This document shows positions 36,993 through 46,290 of a stretch of 64,000 nucleotides of DNA, one piece after another. Every line of letters starts with the position of its first letter. Position 1 is the first letter of the stretch. Position numbers and translations under genes: made by a program. The DNA comes from a virus. Location: positions 215 through 64,214 of the IMG/VR virus record IMGVR_UViG_3300020202_000079; one strand, given 5' to 3'. Below the pieces are notes generated by a model, which was given only the letters and a program-made list of their open reading frames with translations, did no database searches and was not told where the DNA came from.

Positions 36993-38366
36993 ATGGGCAG
37001 GAATCTGGCCCGCAACGATCCCGATCGATACCTCTCCAAGCTCTTCTCCGAGAACTATTTCTACAAGCGACGCGTGCCGACCAGCGTCGCCAATCTCGAC
37101 AGCCGCGCGCCGGTCATCCGCATCGCGCTCAAGACCGACGACCTGGTGCTCGCACGCCGCAAGCGCGACATGCTCGAGGCCGCCGACGACGCGCTCTGGG
37201 CTTCCTACATCGAAGAAGACGGAGCCACGGATCCCGCGCGCCGCCGATACGAGGCGGCGGTCAAGCGCGTCGAGGCGTTCGGCTTCCATTTCCATTCCTC
37301 GCAGGAATTGCGGCGCGCCAGCTTCGACGAGCTGCAGCGGCGCTTCCGCGAGATCGACGACAGCTCGACCCGCGACGTCGACGTGCCGGCGCTGCTCGGC
37401 GCGATCGATGTGCCGGCCACCACGATCAGCCAGGCCTTCCAGATGTATTGCGACGAGATCGTAGCACCCGTGCTGATCGCCAAGAGCGTTCCGCAGCGGC
37501 GGCAGTGGCGGAAGGTGAAGCAGCGGGCGATCAACAAGTTCGTCGAGCTCAATGGCGACCTGGCGATGGTCGACATCACGGCCGACCATGCGCGGCGCGT
37601 CTACGGCTATTGGCTGAAACGCATCGCACCGCAGGCGAAGGATGGGCCGGCGACCGCTTCCGCCTCGTCGGGCAATCGCGACATCGGAAATCTGCGCGTG
37701 CTCTACGAGGCCTACTTCCGCCACATGGGCGAGATGGACCGGCAGAACCCGTTCGCCGGCTTCAGCTTCGCCATCAAGATCAGGCGCACCCGCCCGACGA
37801 TTCCTGCAGAGTGGATCAGGGATCGGGTGCTGGCGCCTGGCGCGCTCGCCGGCATGAACGATGAGGCGCGCGGCATCCTGCTGATCATGATCGAAAGCGG
37901 AGCTCGGCCGAGCGAGATCGCCAATCTCGACCCCGTGCAATTCCGCCTTTCGCACAAGGTCCCGCACATTGCGATCGAGCCGCGGCTCGACCCTGAGAAC
38001 CCACGCGAGATCAAGACCGAATCGTCGAAGCGCCTGGTGCCGCTTGTCGGCGTCTCGCTGGCGGCGGCGCAGCGGCACGCGGCTCAAGGTTTTCCGATGT
38101 ACAGGGATCGCGAGACGCAGCTTTCTGCGGCCATCAACAAATATCTCAGGGCGCACGCGCTGCTGCCGACCAATGCACACACGCTCTATTCCTTCCGCCA
38201 TGCTTACGAAGACCGGATGAAGGAAGGCGACATCGACGAGGAGCTGAGGCGCATCCTCATGGGTCATGCGCTCGACCGGCCGCGCTATGGCATCGGCGGC
38301 GGGCTCGCCTGGCGGCGCAAGCAGATGCTGAAGATCATGCTGCCGTTCGATCCGGGGATCGTGTGA
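36993..38366 (+). CDS. int: Tyrosine integrase
   Basis: FYKRRVP N-domain; GARPSEI, SFRH, MGH, RYG catalytic motifs. Confidence 0.93.
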   Translation: MGRNLARNDPDRYLSKLFSENYFYKRRVPTSVANLDSRAPVIRIALKTDDLVLARRKRDMLEAADDALWASYIEEDGATDPARRRYEAAVKRVEAFGFHFHSSQELRRASFDELQRRFREIDDSSTRDVDVPALLGAIDVPATTISQAFQMYCDEIVAPVLIAKSVPQRRQWRKVKQRAINKFVELNGDLAMVDITADHARRVYGYWLKRIAPQAKDGPATASASSGNRDIGNLRVLYEAYFRHMGEMDRQNPFAGFSFAIKIRRTRPTIPAEWIRDRVLAPGALAGMNDEARGILLIMIESGARPSEIANLDPVQFRLSHKVPHIAIEPRLDPENPREIKTESSKRLVPLVGVSLAAAQRHAAQGFPMYRDRETQLSAAINKYLRAHALLPTNAHTLYSFRHAYEDRMKEGDIDEELRRILMGHALDRPRYGIGGGLAWRRKQMLKIMLPFDPGIV

Positions 38367-38574
38367 GGCGGGCGCGCGCAGCTTCCATCGCCGCGTCGGC
38401 GACGCGCCGCTTCTCCAGCTCTTCCTCGAGCCGCTGCCAGATCGGCAGATAGAGATCGGCGCGCCGGCCAGCCTTGACCATGTAATGCGCAGTCAGGTCC
38501 AGCCACCGCTCGATGTCGGCGGCCGTGACCGGGGGCAGGGGGCGGGTCGCCCAGTTCTGCCGTGGCTTTTTCAT
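38335..38574 (-). CDS. Small helical protein convergent on int (possible excision factor)
   Basis: IERWLD...YLPIWQRLEEELE; position only, function inferred. Confidence 0.6.
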   Translation of the reverse strand: MKKPRQNWATRPLPPVTAADIERWLDLTAHYMVKAGRRADLYLPIWQRLEEELEKRRVADAAMEAARARLTRSPDRTAA

Positions 38575-39668
38575 TCCACCTCGACCGGCTTGCCGTCGAC
38601 CAGGCGATAGAAAACCATCGGCTTGATGCCGTCGCGGCCGGCAATGCCGGACCAGACGTTGCGGATCGAGCCATCGTAAGGGCTGCGCTCGACCAGGAAG
38701 AGCGCGCAGCCCTCGGCGCCGCGCACCTTGCCCTCAATGCCCGATGCGGTGGCAGCGCCCCAGTCGCCGGATGCGGTGGCAGCGCCCTGCGCTCCTGATG
38801 CCGTGGCAGCGCCCTGTTCACCGGATGCGGTGGCAGCGCCCTGATATCCAGATGCGGTGGCAGCGCCCTGATATCCCGATGCGGTCGCAGCGCCCTGATA
38901 TCCCGATGCGGTGGCAGCGCCTCGCGTACCCGATGCGGTGGCAGCGCCCCGCTTGCCGGATGCGGTGGCAGCGCCCTGCGTACCCGACGCGGTGGCAGCG
39001 CCTCCGTCTCCAGATGCGGTGGCAGCGCCCCAAGCTCCCGATGCGGTGGCAGCGCCCTGCGTACCCGATGCGGTGGCAGCGCCTCTGTCTCCCGATGCGG
39101 TGGCAGCGCCCTCGGTGCCAGATGCGGTGGCAGCGGCTCCCCACCCTGATGCGGTGGCAGCGCCCTGTTCACCGGATGCGGTGGCAGCGCCCCGGTCGCG
39201 ATTGTTCTTCGCGCCTTCACGCTCGCCCGTTGCAAAGTCGCCCTTCACCCAAGTCACCCGCTCGGTGACATAGCGGATTGCGGCAGCGATCAGTTCCGGC
39301 AACCGGATCTCTGCCTTGATGGTGATCTCGGCCGCGGCGATCTTGGTATCGCCGCCTTTCTCGCGCGCGGTCTCGCCGCCGAGCTCGACCACGGCATAGC
39401 GGCTGGTCGCCGGCGGGTAGTAGGCGAAGACGTTGAGCGGATGCTCGCAGGCGTGAAAGCCGCTTTCGCACGCGACGACAGGGCCTTCGTGCTTGAAGCT
39501 GCCGCCGATCTCGAACTGGAAGTCGCGGCATTTCAGGTTCCGGTCGAAGCCCTTGTAGGCCACGATAGTGACGGGCTTTTCGGCAGGCACGGCTGCGGCC
39601 ACGGCCGCCTTCGACTTGCGAGGCATCGCTCTAATCTTTCCGTTGCTTGGGGTTTTTTGCTTCGTCAC
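38571..39668 (-). CDS. DUF7666-like protein with 9-aa repeats
   Basis: YKGFDRNLKCRDFQFEIG, CESGFHACEHP N-domain; start may be 39626. Confidence 0.8.
   Translation of the reverse strand: MTKQKTPSNGKIRAMPRKSKAAVAAAVPAEKPVTIVAYKGFDRNLKCRDFQFEIGGSFKHEGPVVACESGFHACEHPLNVFAYYPPATSRYAVVELGGETAREKGGDTKIAAAEITIKAEIRLPELIAAAIRYVTERVTWVKGDFATGEREGAKNNRDRGAATASGEQGAATASGWGAAATASGTEGAATASGDRGAATASGTQGAATASGAWGAATASGDGGAATASGTQGAATASGKRGAATASGTRGAATASGYQGAATASGYQGAATASGYQGAATASGEQGAATASGAQGAATASGDWGAATASGIEGKVRGAEGCALFLVERSPYDGSIRNVWSGIAGRDGIKPMVFYRLVDGKPVEVE
38743..39192 (-). repeat. 27-bp coding tandem repeat, 17 copies (GAATASGxx)
   Basis: GA(T/C)GCGGT(G/C)GCAGCG core at exact 27-bp period from 38743 to 39175. 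Confidence 0.95.
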
Positions 39669-40065
39669 AAATGCGCGGATATTGCCGCTTCCAGCGCTCC
39701 GGCCAGTCGGTCGCGAGAAGGTCGAGGTAGACGTCGGCGTGACATGCGGCGCCTGGCTTGCACCAGCAGGCGAGGTTGTGGCCGCGCAGGTGCCAGATGT
39801 TCGCCCGGATCCTGTTGCGCAGGACGATCATACCGAGCCCCGCCAGCGGCGCCCGCTCGCCATCCTCGAACTGGGTGCCATCCATGATCGCGGTCTGGCT
39901 CATGTGGCGCAGGAAGCGGCGGAAGGTGCGGGCGGTGTCGAAGGGATTGCCGAACAAGCCCGGCCGGGTGACGACGCGCCCCGGCAAGCCGTTCAACGCG
40001 AGCGACGTCGCCTGCAGATCGAAGCCGCGGTGGCGGGACAGTTGGAGGCGGACGGCGGCCGTCAT
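39631..40065 (-). CDS. DUF4326-like protein
   Basis: VTRPGLFGNPF, LRGHNLACWCK...CHADV. Confidence 0.8.
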   Translation of the reverse strand: MTAAVRLQLSRHRGFDLQATSLALNGLPGRVVTRPGLFGNPFDTARTFRRFLRHMSQTAIMDGTQFEDGERAPLAGLGMIVLRNRIRANIWHLRGHNLACWCKPGAACHADVYLDLLATDWPERWKRQYPRICDEAKNPKQRKD

Positions 40066-40340
40066 GAGCACCCCTCACCAAGCGCGGCCGGCGGTTCGGC
40101 TTCGCCGATCCGGGCCTTGCTATCCTCTCCCGCAAGGGGCGAGGTGGAGCTTGCCAGCGCGCGGCGTGCCAGGTGGACGAGCGGCTTAAACGGGTTCGGG
40201 CGCTTGAAGCTTCCGATTCGATTGAGGAAGACCCAGCGTGTCGCGAAATAGCCGAACATCCAAAATTTGTAGCGGCCGAGTGCTGCCCAGGCTTCCCGCT
40301 CAGCCTGATCGAGTTCGGCGGCGAGCTGCGGCAGCGTCAT
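40062..40340 (-). CDS. Hypothetical protein
   Basis: AWAALGRYKFWMFGY...WV.LN..G...PNPF; coupled. Confidence 0.65.
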   Translation of the reverse strand: MTLPQLAAELDQAEREAWAALGRYKFWMFGYFATRWVFLNRIGSFKRPNPFKPLVHLARRALASSTSPLAGEDSKARIGEAEPPAALGEGCS

Positions 40341-40537
40341 GCCGGCATCCTCTCGTCAGCGTCGATCTTGGGGCAGCGCGAAACGTAACAGGCCTTCCAC
40401 TCGTCGAGCGTGGCTTCGCCGCTCATGAGCTTCTGCAGGTTGCCGGCAAGTTCATAGAGCGCATAGGCCGTACCGCCGTCGCGGTGGCGCAGGGCGTCGG
40501 CGGCGCTGCAGATGAGGCCGGGTGCGTCGTATTTCAC
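40337..40537 (-). CDS. Hypothetical protein
   Basis: ATGA-coupled. Confidence 0.6.
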   Translation of the reverse strand: MKYDAPGLICSAADALRHRDGGTAYALYELAGNLQKLMSGEATLDEWKACYVSRCPKIDADERMPA

Positions 40538-41697
40538 GGCGCGGCCCTCGGAAACTCGCTGTGCTCGACGCCGTCGAGGAGGCGGCCGGCGGCCTTCTTG
40601 CCGACCTTCCAGCTTGTGTAAGCCGGTGGCGCTCCGGCGACGCCGCCTGGATGCCAGTTGCCGTCAGCGCCCCAACAACCACGCGGCAGCTTGGGGGACG
40701 CTTTCAATCCGGCCGCTTCAAGCACGCGCGGGAACGAACCGACCGGGTGGCATTCCTGCGGCCACCATTCTCCCCACTGCTTGAAAAAGAACGCCACGCC
40801 GGCCGCCTGGCATTGGTCGCGGATCGAGCGCGCCCAAGCTGGGTGCATCGGGCGGGCCTCCGGGCCGCTCTCGCCGCCGACGATGACCCAGTCGATGAAG
40901 CGAGCACTCGCGGACACAAGCGCCTGCCTATGATGCGTGACGTTGGCTCCAGCCGCGATTCCCTCTTCAGACGTGTTGTATGGGGCAGGCCATTGTGCGT
41001 GGACCGGCCACATGTAACGACGATAGTCGATCGGCCCGAGCAACGGCTCGGCGCTGACGAAGCGGATCGCGGCCGGCGTGGCGAGCAGTTCGATGACACG
41101 CTCGTCGGCGCGCGGCTGGTCCTCGGCCGAGACGCCGAGCCACACGTTGGGGAGCGGGCCGCTGCTGATTGCAGCGCAGGCAGCGACAACTTCGTCGTCA
41201 ACGAGTTGGCGACCTACACCACCACTGTCGCCGTTGAGAACGCTGCGCACGTTCGCCGGCATCCAATCTTCGCTGAGATATTCCCGCATGCGCTTCGCGC
41301 GCTTGGTCAGCACGATGTGGGTGTGCTGCGGCGTCAGCGCCATGACGGCAAAGCAGCGGTCGATCATCTCGTCCGGCACGAAGTCGCCGAACATGTCCGT
41401 CATCGAGCACCAGAAGATGGTGCGCGGCGATTTCCAGCGCAGCGGCTGGGTCAGCGCCTCCTCGTCGAGGAAGATGTCGACCAGCTTCTCATTGCCGGGC
41501 TTGTAGGCGAGCTGGGTGCCGAATTTGAAAAAGCCCTGGTTGAGCTTCTCGGCGTAGCAGAACCGGCAGCCGTCGGAGGCGTGCGTGCAGTGCCAGCCGA
41601 CTCGGCCGGTTTCCTTGTGCCTGGCGCGGATCGGGTTGAGGGTTTCGCCCTTCGTACCCGCGCGGTGCGTCCACTCGATCGCGGTGCCGTCAGCCAT
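40534..41697 (-). CDS. Gp37/Gp68 (DUF5131) family protein
   Basis: TAIEWT, CTHASDGCRFCYA, SMTDMF, LTKR, WLGVSAE, FVSAEPLLG, VGGESG, FFFKQWG. Confidence 0.9.
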   Translation of the reverse strand: MADGTAIEWTHRAGTKGETLNPIRARHKETGRVGWHCTHASDGCRFCYAEKLNQGFFKFGTQLAYKPGNEKLVDIFLDEEALTQPLRWKSPRTIFWCSMTDMFGDFVPDEMIDRCFAVMALTPQHTHIVLTKRAKRMREYLSEDWMPANVRSVLNGDSGGVGRQLVDDEVVAACAAISSGPLPNVWLGVSAEDQPRADERVIELLATPAAIRFVSAEPLLGPIDYRRYMWPVHAQWPAPYNTSEEGIAAGANVTHHRQALVSASARFIDWVIVGGESGPEARPMHPAWARSIRDQCQAAGVAFFFKQWGEWWPQECHPVGSFPRVLEAAGLKASPKLPRGCWGADGNWHPGGVAGAPPAYTSWKVGKKAAGRLLDGVEHSEFPRAAP

Positions 41698-42034
41698 GGT
41701 CCTCTCCGTCGTCGAGGACCGCATCGATCATCTTCTCGTCGACCACCGTCTCGACGATGAGGCGCGCGAGATGGTTCGGGTGGATGTTGCGCTTCGCAGC
41801 GTGCGGCCCGAGGCTGTCCAGCACGTCGATCGGGAAGAGCACCGTCCGGCACAGTTCCTCGATTGGTCGCGGCGCGCGCTTCGGCCGGCCGGCCGAATGC
41901 TCAAGCGCGGACACCGTCTTCGTTTCGATGCCGAGCCGTGCAGCAATTGCCTCGGTCGAGAAACGCTGCGCACGCAGTGCCAGCACGGCATCGGTGCGGC
42001 TTGCGTAGCCGAGCGTCGGCTTCCTCGCGCCCAT
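41690..42034 (-). CDS. HTH-containing protein
   Basis: STEAIAARLGIETKTVSALE. Confidence 0.65.
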   Translation of the reverse strand: MGARKPTLGYASRTDAVLALRAQRFSTEAIAARLGIETKTVSALEHSAGRPKRAPRPIEELCRTVLFPIDVLDSLGPHAAKRNIHPNHLARLIVETVVDEKMIDAVLDDGEDHG

Positions 42035-42037
42035 CCG

Positions 42038-42712
42038 TCACCACACGTGTACGGCCAGGCTGTCGGTCGGCTTGCCGCCTTCAGCGATAAAGCGATCGTA
42101 CCACGCGAGGCGAGCCTCCAGGGTCAGAGGCTCGCCATCGGCGTCGACCCAGCCCTCACCTTCCACGAGAAGCAGGGCGGCTGTGGGCGAGCACTCGACG
42201 CAGGTGATCGTCTCGCCGCCGAGATAGCGATCGCCCTTGAAGATCGGGTTGGAGCACGCCACGCAGGTGACGCAGTCGGCGTTTTCGATCTCGATCTCGA
42301 TCGCGTCCAGCGCCTCCTCGACCGCCTTGAAGCGGGCGTCGGTGACGGCGAGCAGGGCATCGCGCTCGCGGTGAATCGCAACGCTGGCGGCCTTGGCGAC
42401 GAGCCAGCGCTGCTTCAGCGAGGGCAGCGCGGCCTGGATGAAGCCGTCATATTCGGGCGAGCCGGCCATAAGGCTGATCGCGTGAGCTTCGGCATCGTGG
42501 GGCCACTCGATCGGCACGGCCCACATACGCGGGTCGAGCCGCTCGTCGAGTGGCTTTTCGGTGCGCAGCTTAAGCCACCAGTCGTTGAAGGCCTTCGCCA
42601 CCTTGACGGCGTCGAGATAGGAGCCGACGGCGATGACATCGTCGGGCCCGTGGATGTTCACGCACCAGAGGACGGCGTTGGTTTTCTCGGCCATGGGCGG
42701 GAGTCCTTTCAC
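42038..42712 (-). CDS. Hypothetical protein with C-terminal CxxC pair
   Basis: LWCVNIHGPDDV; CVAC...CVEC. Confidence 0.65.
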   Translation of the reverse strand: MKGLPPMAEKTNAVLWCVNIHGPDDVIAVGSYLDAVKVAKAFNDWWLKLRTEKPLDERLDPRMWAVPIEWPHDAEAHAISLMAGSPEYDGFIQAALPSLKQRWLVAKAASVAIHRERDALLAVTDARFKAVEEALDAIEIEIENADCVTCVACSNPIFKGDRYLGGETITCVECSPTAALLLVEGEGWVDADGEPLTLEARLAWYDRFIAEGGKPTDSLAVHVW

Positions 42713-43092
42713 GCGATCTCGGCGAGCTTGGCGCGGGCGGGGTCCATGATCTCGAAGGTGCGGCGCAGCTGCTGCAGGCGGGCATCGTTGGCCGCATCCT
42801 CGCGCTCGCGCTCGGCTTTTGCCGCGGCTACCGCGGCCTCGTATTTCTCGGCGGAGCGGCGCTTCCTGGCCTCGATCTGGGTCTCGAACTCGCGGATCTT
42901 CGCCACGAAACCCTGCAGCCAGATGCTGGTCGCCTTCAACATGGTGTCGATGCCGGGCTGCGCCTTCGCGCTCTCGGCCGCCTTCATCGCATCGGCGACG
43001 AAATCGTCGCCGAGGTTGACCTCGTCGCCCTCGTGCGGCGCGCTGGCTTGCATGTTCATGGGTGCCTCCTGTGGGTTTGCCGCGTCAGGCAT
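42709..43092 (-). CDS. Coiled-coil hypothetical protein
   Basis: Ala/Glu-rich, overlapping gene junctions. Confidence 0.6.
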   Translation of the reverse strand: MPDAANPQEAPMNMQASAPHEGDEVNLGDDFVADAMKAAESAKAQPGIDTMLKATSIWLQGFVAKIREFETQIEARKRRSAEKYEAAVAAAKAEREREDAANDARLQQLRRTFEIMDPARAKLAEIA

Positions 43093-43390
43093 CGAACTGC
43101 TCTCCCGGCGCGGCGATCTGCCAGTCGACGCGCTCGCGGATGATCGCCGGGGATGGCGCGTCGTAGTGGGAGACGACGACGATCAGCAGCTTTCCCGTCG
43201 TGAGCATGCGCAGCCGGTCGAGCCAGCCGAAGCGAAAGCGGACGGCCGTGCGCGACCAGCCAGACAGGGTCTCGATGCCCTCGGGCTCGTTGCCCAGGTG
43301 ATAGCGGAAGCCCAGCGCGCGGCGCATGCGCTCGCGCGATGTCGGGATGTGCGTCATCGCGAAATTGTTCGCGGCCTGTTCGTCGCTCAT
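43085..43390 (-). CDS. Hypothetical protein
   Basis: RFGWLDRLRML.TGKL; coupled. Confidence 0.6.
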   Translation of the reverse strand: MSDEQAANNFAMTHIPTSRERMRRALGFRYHLGNEPEGIETLSGWSRTAVRFRFGWLDRLRMLTTGKLLIVVVSHYDAPSPAIIRERVDWQIAAPGEQFDA

Positions 43391-43737
43391 GCGCTGCCTT
43401 TCGTCGGGTAGGACTGCGCCATGGCGGCGAGCTTGTGCTCGCGCCAAGCCGTCAGCTCGGCATGGATGGCGTCCATGCGGCGAAGATCGTCAGGCGTCTC
43501 CTCCACGCCGGGATCGAGGGTGGCCATGATGCTCGACCAAAGGTGCTCGGCGCCGTGCATGTAGGCGTCGCGCAGCGCCGGCAGGCGCGGGTCGGCTGCG
43601 TCGATCTTGCTGATCACGACGAAGGCGTCGAAGCCGCCCTCGATCAGCTTGCCGTCGTTTGCCAGCTCGTGCGTGAGGCGCAGCGCCTCGCGCTCGACAG
43701 GGCTCCGACGGTCGCGCTTGCGTTTGGCTTCACCCAT
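43387..43737 (-). CDS. Hypothetical protein
   Basis: GKLIEGGF...AYMHGA.HLW.SI...LDPG. Confidence 0.65.
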   Translation of the reverse strand: MGEAKRKRDRRSPVEREALRLTHELANDGKLIEGGFDAFVVISKIDAADPRLPALRDAYMHGAEHLWSSIMATLDPGVEETPDDLRRMDAIHAELTAWREHKLAAMAQSYPTKGSA

Positions 43738-43957
43738 GGCCCGCCCGCTCTTCGTAACGCCGGACGGTCAGGCGGCCGGCATCGCTGATGCGCGGGACGG
43801 CGCCGTTCCATGTGATCAAGCCGCGGCGGTCGAGCGCGGCGAGCAGCTGCGTCTCCGCCGCGGCGTGCAGGCCAGCGATCGGGCAGATGTTGCCGCGTTC
43901 GCGCGCAGCCGCATTGCGCAAAGCCTTCAGCATCGGCGCGGTGACCTCGTCAGCCAT
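43730..43957 (-). CDS. Small winged-helix-like protein
   Basis: ALDRRGLI...RISDAGR. Confidence 0.55.
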   Translation of the reverse strand: MADEVTAPMLKALRNAAARERGNICPIAGLHAAAETQLLAALDRRGLITWNGAVPRISDAGRLTVRRYEERAGHG

Positions 43958-44276
43958 TGGACGCGGACCGCATCGTGCGGCGCAGCCGGGCGATGCCAGC
44001 CACGCGCTTCTGGATCTCGGCCTCCACCGCGTCGAGCCGCTCGGCGAGGAAGGCCATGCGATCAGATGCGGCGTCGAAGCCGTGGATGTCGGCGAGCGGT
44101 ATGCCCGCGTCTGCGAGCAGCTTCACTTGTTCGACGCGCCGGTACTGCTCGAGATTGTAGATGCGCCGCGTGCCCACGCGCCGCGGCTTGATCAGCCCCT
44201 TCTGTTCCCAGAAACGCAGCGTGCGCAACGTCAGGCCGAAAGTGGCGGCGATCTGCGCGATGCTCATGTCAGCCAT
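43950..44276 (-). CDS. MerR-family HTH protein
   Basis: MSIAQIAATFGLTLRTLRFWEQKGLIKPRR.GTRRIY. Confidence 0.85.
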   Translation of the reverse strand: MADMSIAQIAATFGLTLRTLRFWEQKGLIKPRRVGTRRIYNLEQYRRVEQVKLLADAGIPLADIHGFDAASDRMAFLAERLDAVEAEIQKRVAGIARLRRTMRSASNG

Positions 44277-44559
44277 GCTTCGCCTCCTTCGCGGGAAGCG
44301 CGGTGGCGGCGGCGAGCATCTGGGTCTTGTAGACGCGCAGGAAATTTTCCGCGGCCTCGAACAGGGGGCTAAGCAGCGCTTCAGCCGCGCGGCGCTCCGG
44401 ATGAATGAAGAGGCTCGGCGCCACGACGGGGCCGATGTTCTCCATCGCCTGCTTCTCCTTGAGGAACTGCGCGATGGTTTCCTCGACGCCGGCGAAGACG
44501 CAGGCCGCCGTGCTCATCGCGGCCGTCGCTTCCTCGAGCTTCCTGCGGGCGGCGTTCAT
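44269..44559 (-). CDS. Hypothetical protein
   Basis: Coupled ORF. Confidence 0.55.
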   Translation of the reverse strand: MNAARRKLEEATAAMSTAACVFAGVEETIAQFLKEKQAMENIGPVVAPSLFIHPERRAAEALLSPLFEAAENFLRVYKTQMLAAATALPAKEAKHG

Positions 44560-44789
44560 GGCAGGCTGCCTTCAGCTTTGGCTTGCGCAAGCAAAAGCTT
44601 GACGCGCTCGCGGTCGAGCCAGACGACGAGGCCCAACTTTTCCATGCCGTTCGGTGTCAGCGGCTGGGGCGTTCCGAACGTGATGCGGGTGATGCCCCTG
44701 TTCATGTTCAGGCTGTCGGCGCACTCGTCCAAATTCTGGAACTGCACCTTGTCGTCGCCGTAGGCGGCAATCAGCGCGGAGAGTTTCAT
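44556..44789 (-). CDS. Hypothetical protein
   Basis: GDDKVQFQNLD...TRITFGT; ATGA overlap. Confidence 0.65.
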   Translation of the reverse strand: MKLSALIAAYGDDKVQFQNLDECADSLNMNRGITRITFGTPQPLTPNGMEKLGLVVWLDRERVKLLLAQAKAEGSLP

Positions 44790-45049
44790 CCAAGCCACCC
44801 GAGCCCGTTTGCAACCATGAAGCCGGCCGCGATGATCGCGCCGCAAAGCACGATCGACACGATGCATGCGAGCAGCGAGGAGCCGCGGTCAGGTGGTGCG
44901 ATGTCGAAGCCTTCGGCCTCGAAGCATTGGCCGAACGGACCCGGATCGTCCGGGCGGCGGTTCGTGCGAACCAGACGCCAGCGACGCGCAAGAGCCTCGT
45001 CCAGCGGGAGATGGATTTCCTTCGACCGGCCGAGGGTGCGTGTCATCAC
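44786..45049 (-). CDS. Small protein with C-terminal TM
   Basis: Hydrophobic LLACIVSIVLCGAIIAAGFMVA. Confidence 0.55.
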   Translation of the reverse strand: MMTRTLGRSKEIHLPLDEALARRWRLVRTNRRPDDPGPFGQCFEAEGFDIAPPDRGSSLLACIVSIVLCGAIIAAGFMVANGLGWLG

Positions 45050-45516
45050 GCCGCCTCGCGTGCTTCGACAGGCTCGGCACAGGCTGCTTCGTCGGCGGGC
45101 TTCCTTCGAGGCTCGGCGTTGCCGAGCGCCTCAGGATGATGGCCGCGGGAGATGGCGATGGCGAGGTCGGCGGCGTCGATGCCGTGGCGGTCGATGTCGG
45201 CCTGGTCGAAGCCCGCCTGACGCAGCGCCTGGGCATGGAACGGCCGGCCGCTTGCTGCGAGCCCGAGCATGATTCGCGCCATGCGCTCGACGAGCTGGAG
45301 CCGAGCGAAGGCCGGCGTGCAGAGCGTGAAGCAGGCTGCCGCGCCGCCGCCGATCAGATGGCATCCCGCGCTTTCAATGTCCTCGGCGATCGCCTGGATT
45401 TCAGCGCGTGCGAGGTCCGGATTGCCGGCCAAGAAGTGCGCCAGCGATCCGGTCCATTCCGGTTCGCCTGTCAGGCCGTGGCCTTGGTGAAGCAGGATCG
45501 TCTGGCGGAGGTTCAC
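45046..45516 (-). CDS. First gene of leftward early operon, hypothetical
   Basis: GTG start inferred downstream of PL; ORF open from 45564. Confidence 0.6.
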   Translation of the reverse strand: MNLRQTILLHQGHGLTGEPEWTGSLAHFLAGNPDLARAEIQAIAEDIESAGCHLIGGGAAACFTLCTPAFARLQLVERMARIMLGLAASGRPFHAQALRQAGFDQADIDRHGIDAADLAIAISRGHHPEALGNAEPRRKPADEAACAEPVEAREAA

Positions 45517-45548
45517 GTCGTCGCCCCATCGATAATTCGATGGCAGCG

Positions 45549-45600
45549 ACTTTGCCATTTGCAAACTTAAGGGTCAAGCCGAAAGTTTGCTATGTGCAAA
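45549..45600 (-). promoter_or_regulatory. PL promoter and two operators
   Basis: TTGACC-17-CAAAGT; TTTGC-N5-GCAAA at 45551-45565 and 45586-45600. Confidence 0.75.
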
Positions 45601-45609
45601 CATCGCGAC

Positions 45610-45966
45610 TTAGTTGGTGGTGAAGTCCTTGAGCGACTTGATGTATAGGCCGAGTCGGCGCCGCTCGTCTTCCGGCAGCTCGCCGATGATCGCGGCTGCA
45701 ACGTCGGGGTCTGCGAGGTCCGCTTCTGATTCGCTGCCACTGACCGGAGGCTTGCGAGTAAGAAGCCATGAAACCGGCACCTTGAGGGCGGCGGCGGCTT
45801 TTTCCAGGATATCCTGGTTGTACCGCTGGTTGCCGCTTTCCAGCGACGACAAATACCCCTCGGTGATGCCCATGGCATCGGCCAGCACTGCTTGGGTCAT
45901 GTTGTTTCTGGCGATTCGCCACTCGCGTATGAAAGTGCGCCGCCACTGCTTCGGTTTTCTTGCCAT
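45610..45966 (-). CDS. XRE-family immunity repressor without peptidase domain
   Basis: MTQAVLADAMGITEGYLSSLESG HTH; divergent from cro-like gene; 118 aa. Confidence 0.85.
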   Translation of the reverse strand: MARKPKQWRRTFIREWRIARNNMTQAVLADAMGITEGYLSSLESGNQRYNQDILEKAAAALKVPVSWLLTRKPPVSGSESEADLADPDVAAAIIGELPEDERRRLGLYIKSLKDFTTN

Positions 45967-46000
45967 GGGCACAGTATGAACACCCGGCAGATCAAGCGTA

Positions 46001-46052
46001 TTTGCCATGTGCAAACTTTCCCGTTGACTTTGAGGTTTGCAAATACCAAAGT
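46001..46052 (+). promoter_or_regulatory. PR promoter and operators
   Basis: TTTGCCATGTGCAAA 46001-46015, TTTGAGGTTTGCAAA 46029-46043; TTGACT-17-CAAAGT. Confidence 0.75.
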
Positions 46053-46060
46053 CCGCGCCC

Positions 46061-46288
46061 ATGACTGCAGGGCCGCTTACGTTTGCTGGTTGGGTCGAGA
46101 AATCGGGGCGAAGCCGCGCCGACATCTGCGGCGAGCTCAAGATTTCCGCCCCATACCTGTCGCAGATCATCAATCGAAAGCGTCGCGTGTCGCTCGAGCT
46201 CGGGTTGAAGATCGGGAACATGTGCGGTGGTGTTGTGCCGCTTGAAAGCCTGGTCATCGAGCAGCCCCAGAATGAGGCAGCCGAATGA
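46061..46288 (+). CDS. Cro-like HTH protein
   Basis: RADICGELKISAPYLSQIINRKRRVS; no SD, possibly leaderless. Confidence 0.8.
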   Translation: MTAGPLTFAGWVEKSGRSRADICGELKISAPYLSQIINRKRRVSLELGLKIGNMCGGVVPLESLVIEQPQNEAAE

Positions 46289-46290
46289 TT

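Noticed and set aside
38743-39192. CRISPR-like array (18-bp constant part, 9-bp variable part)
   Set aside because: Period is 27 bp, in frame within a coding gene; spacers far too short; no cas genes or leader
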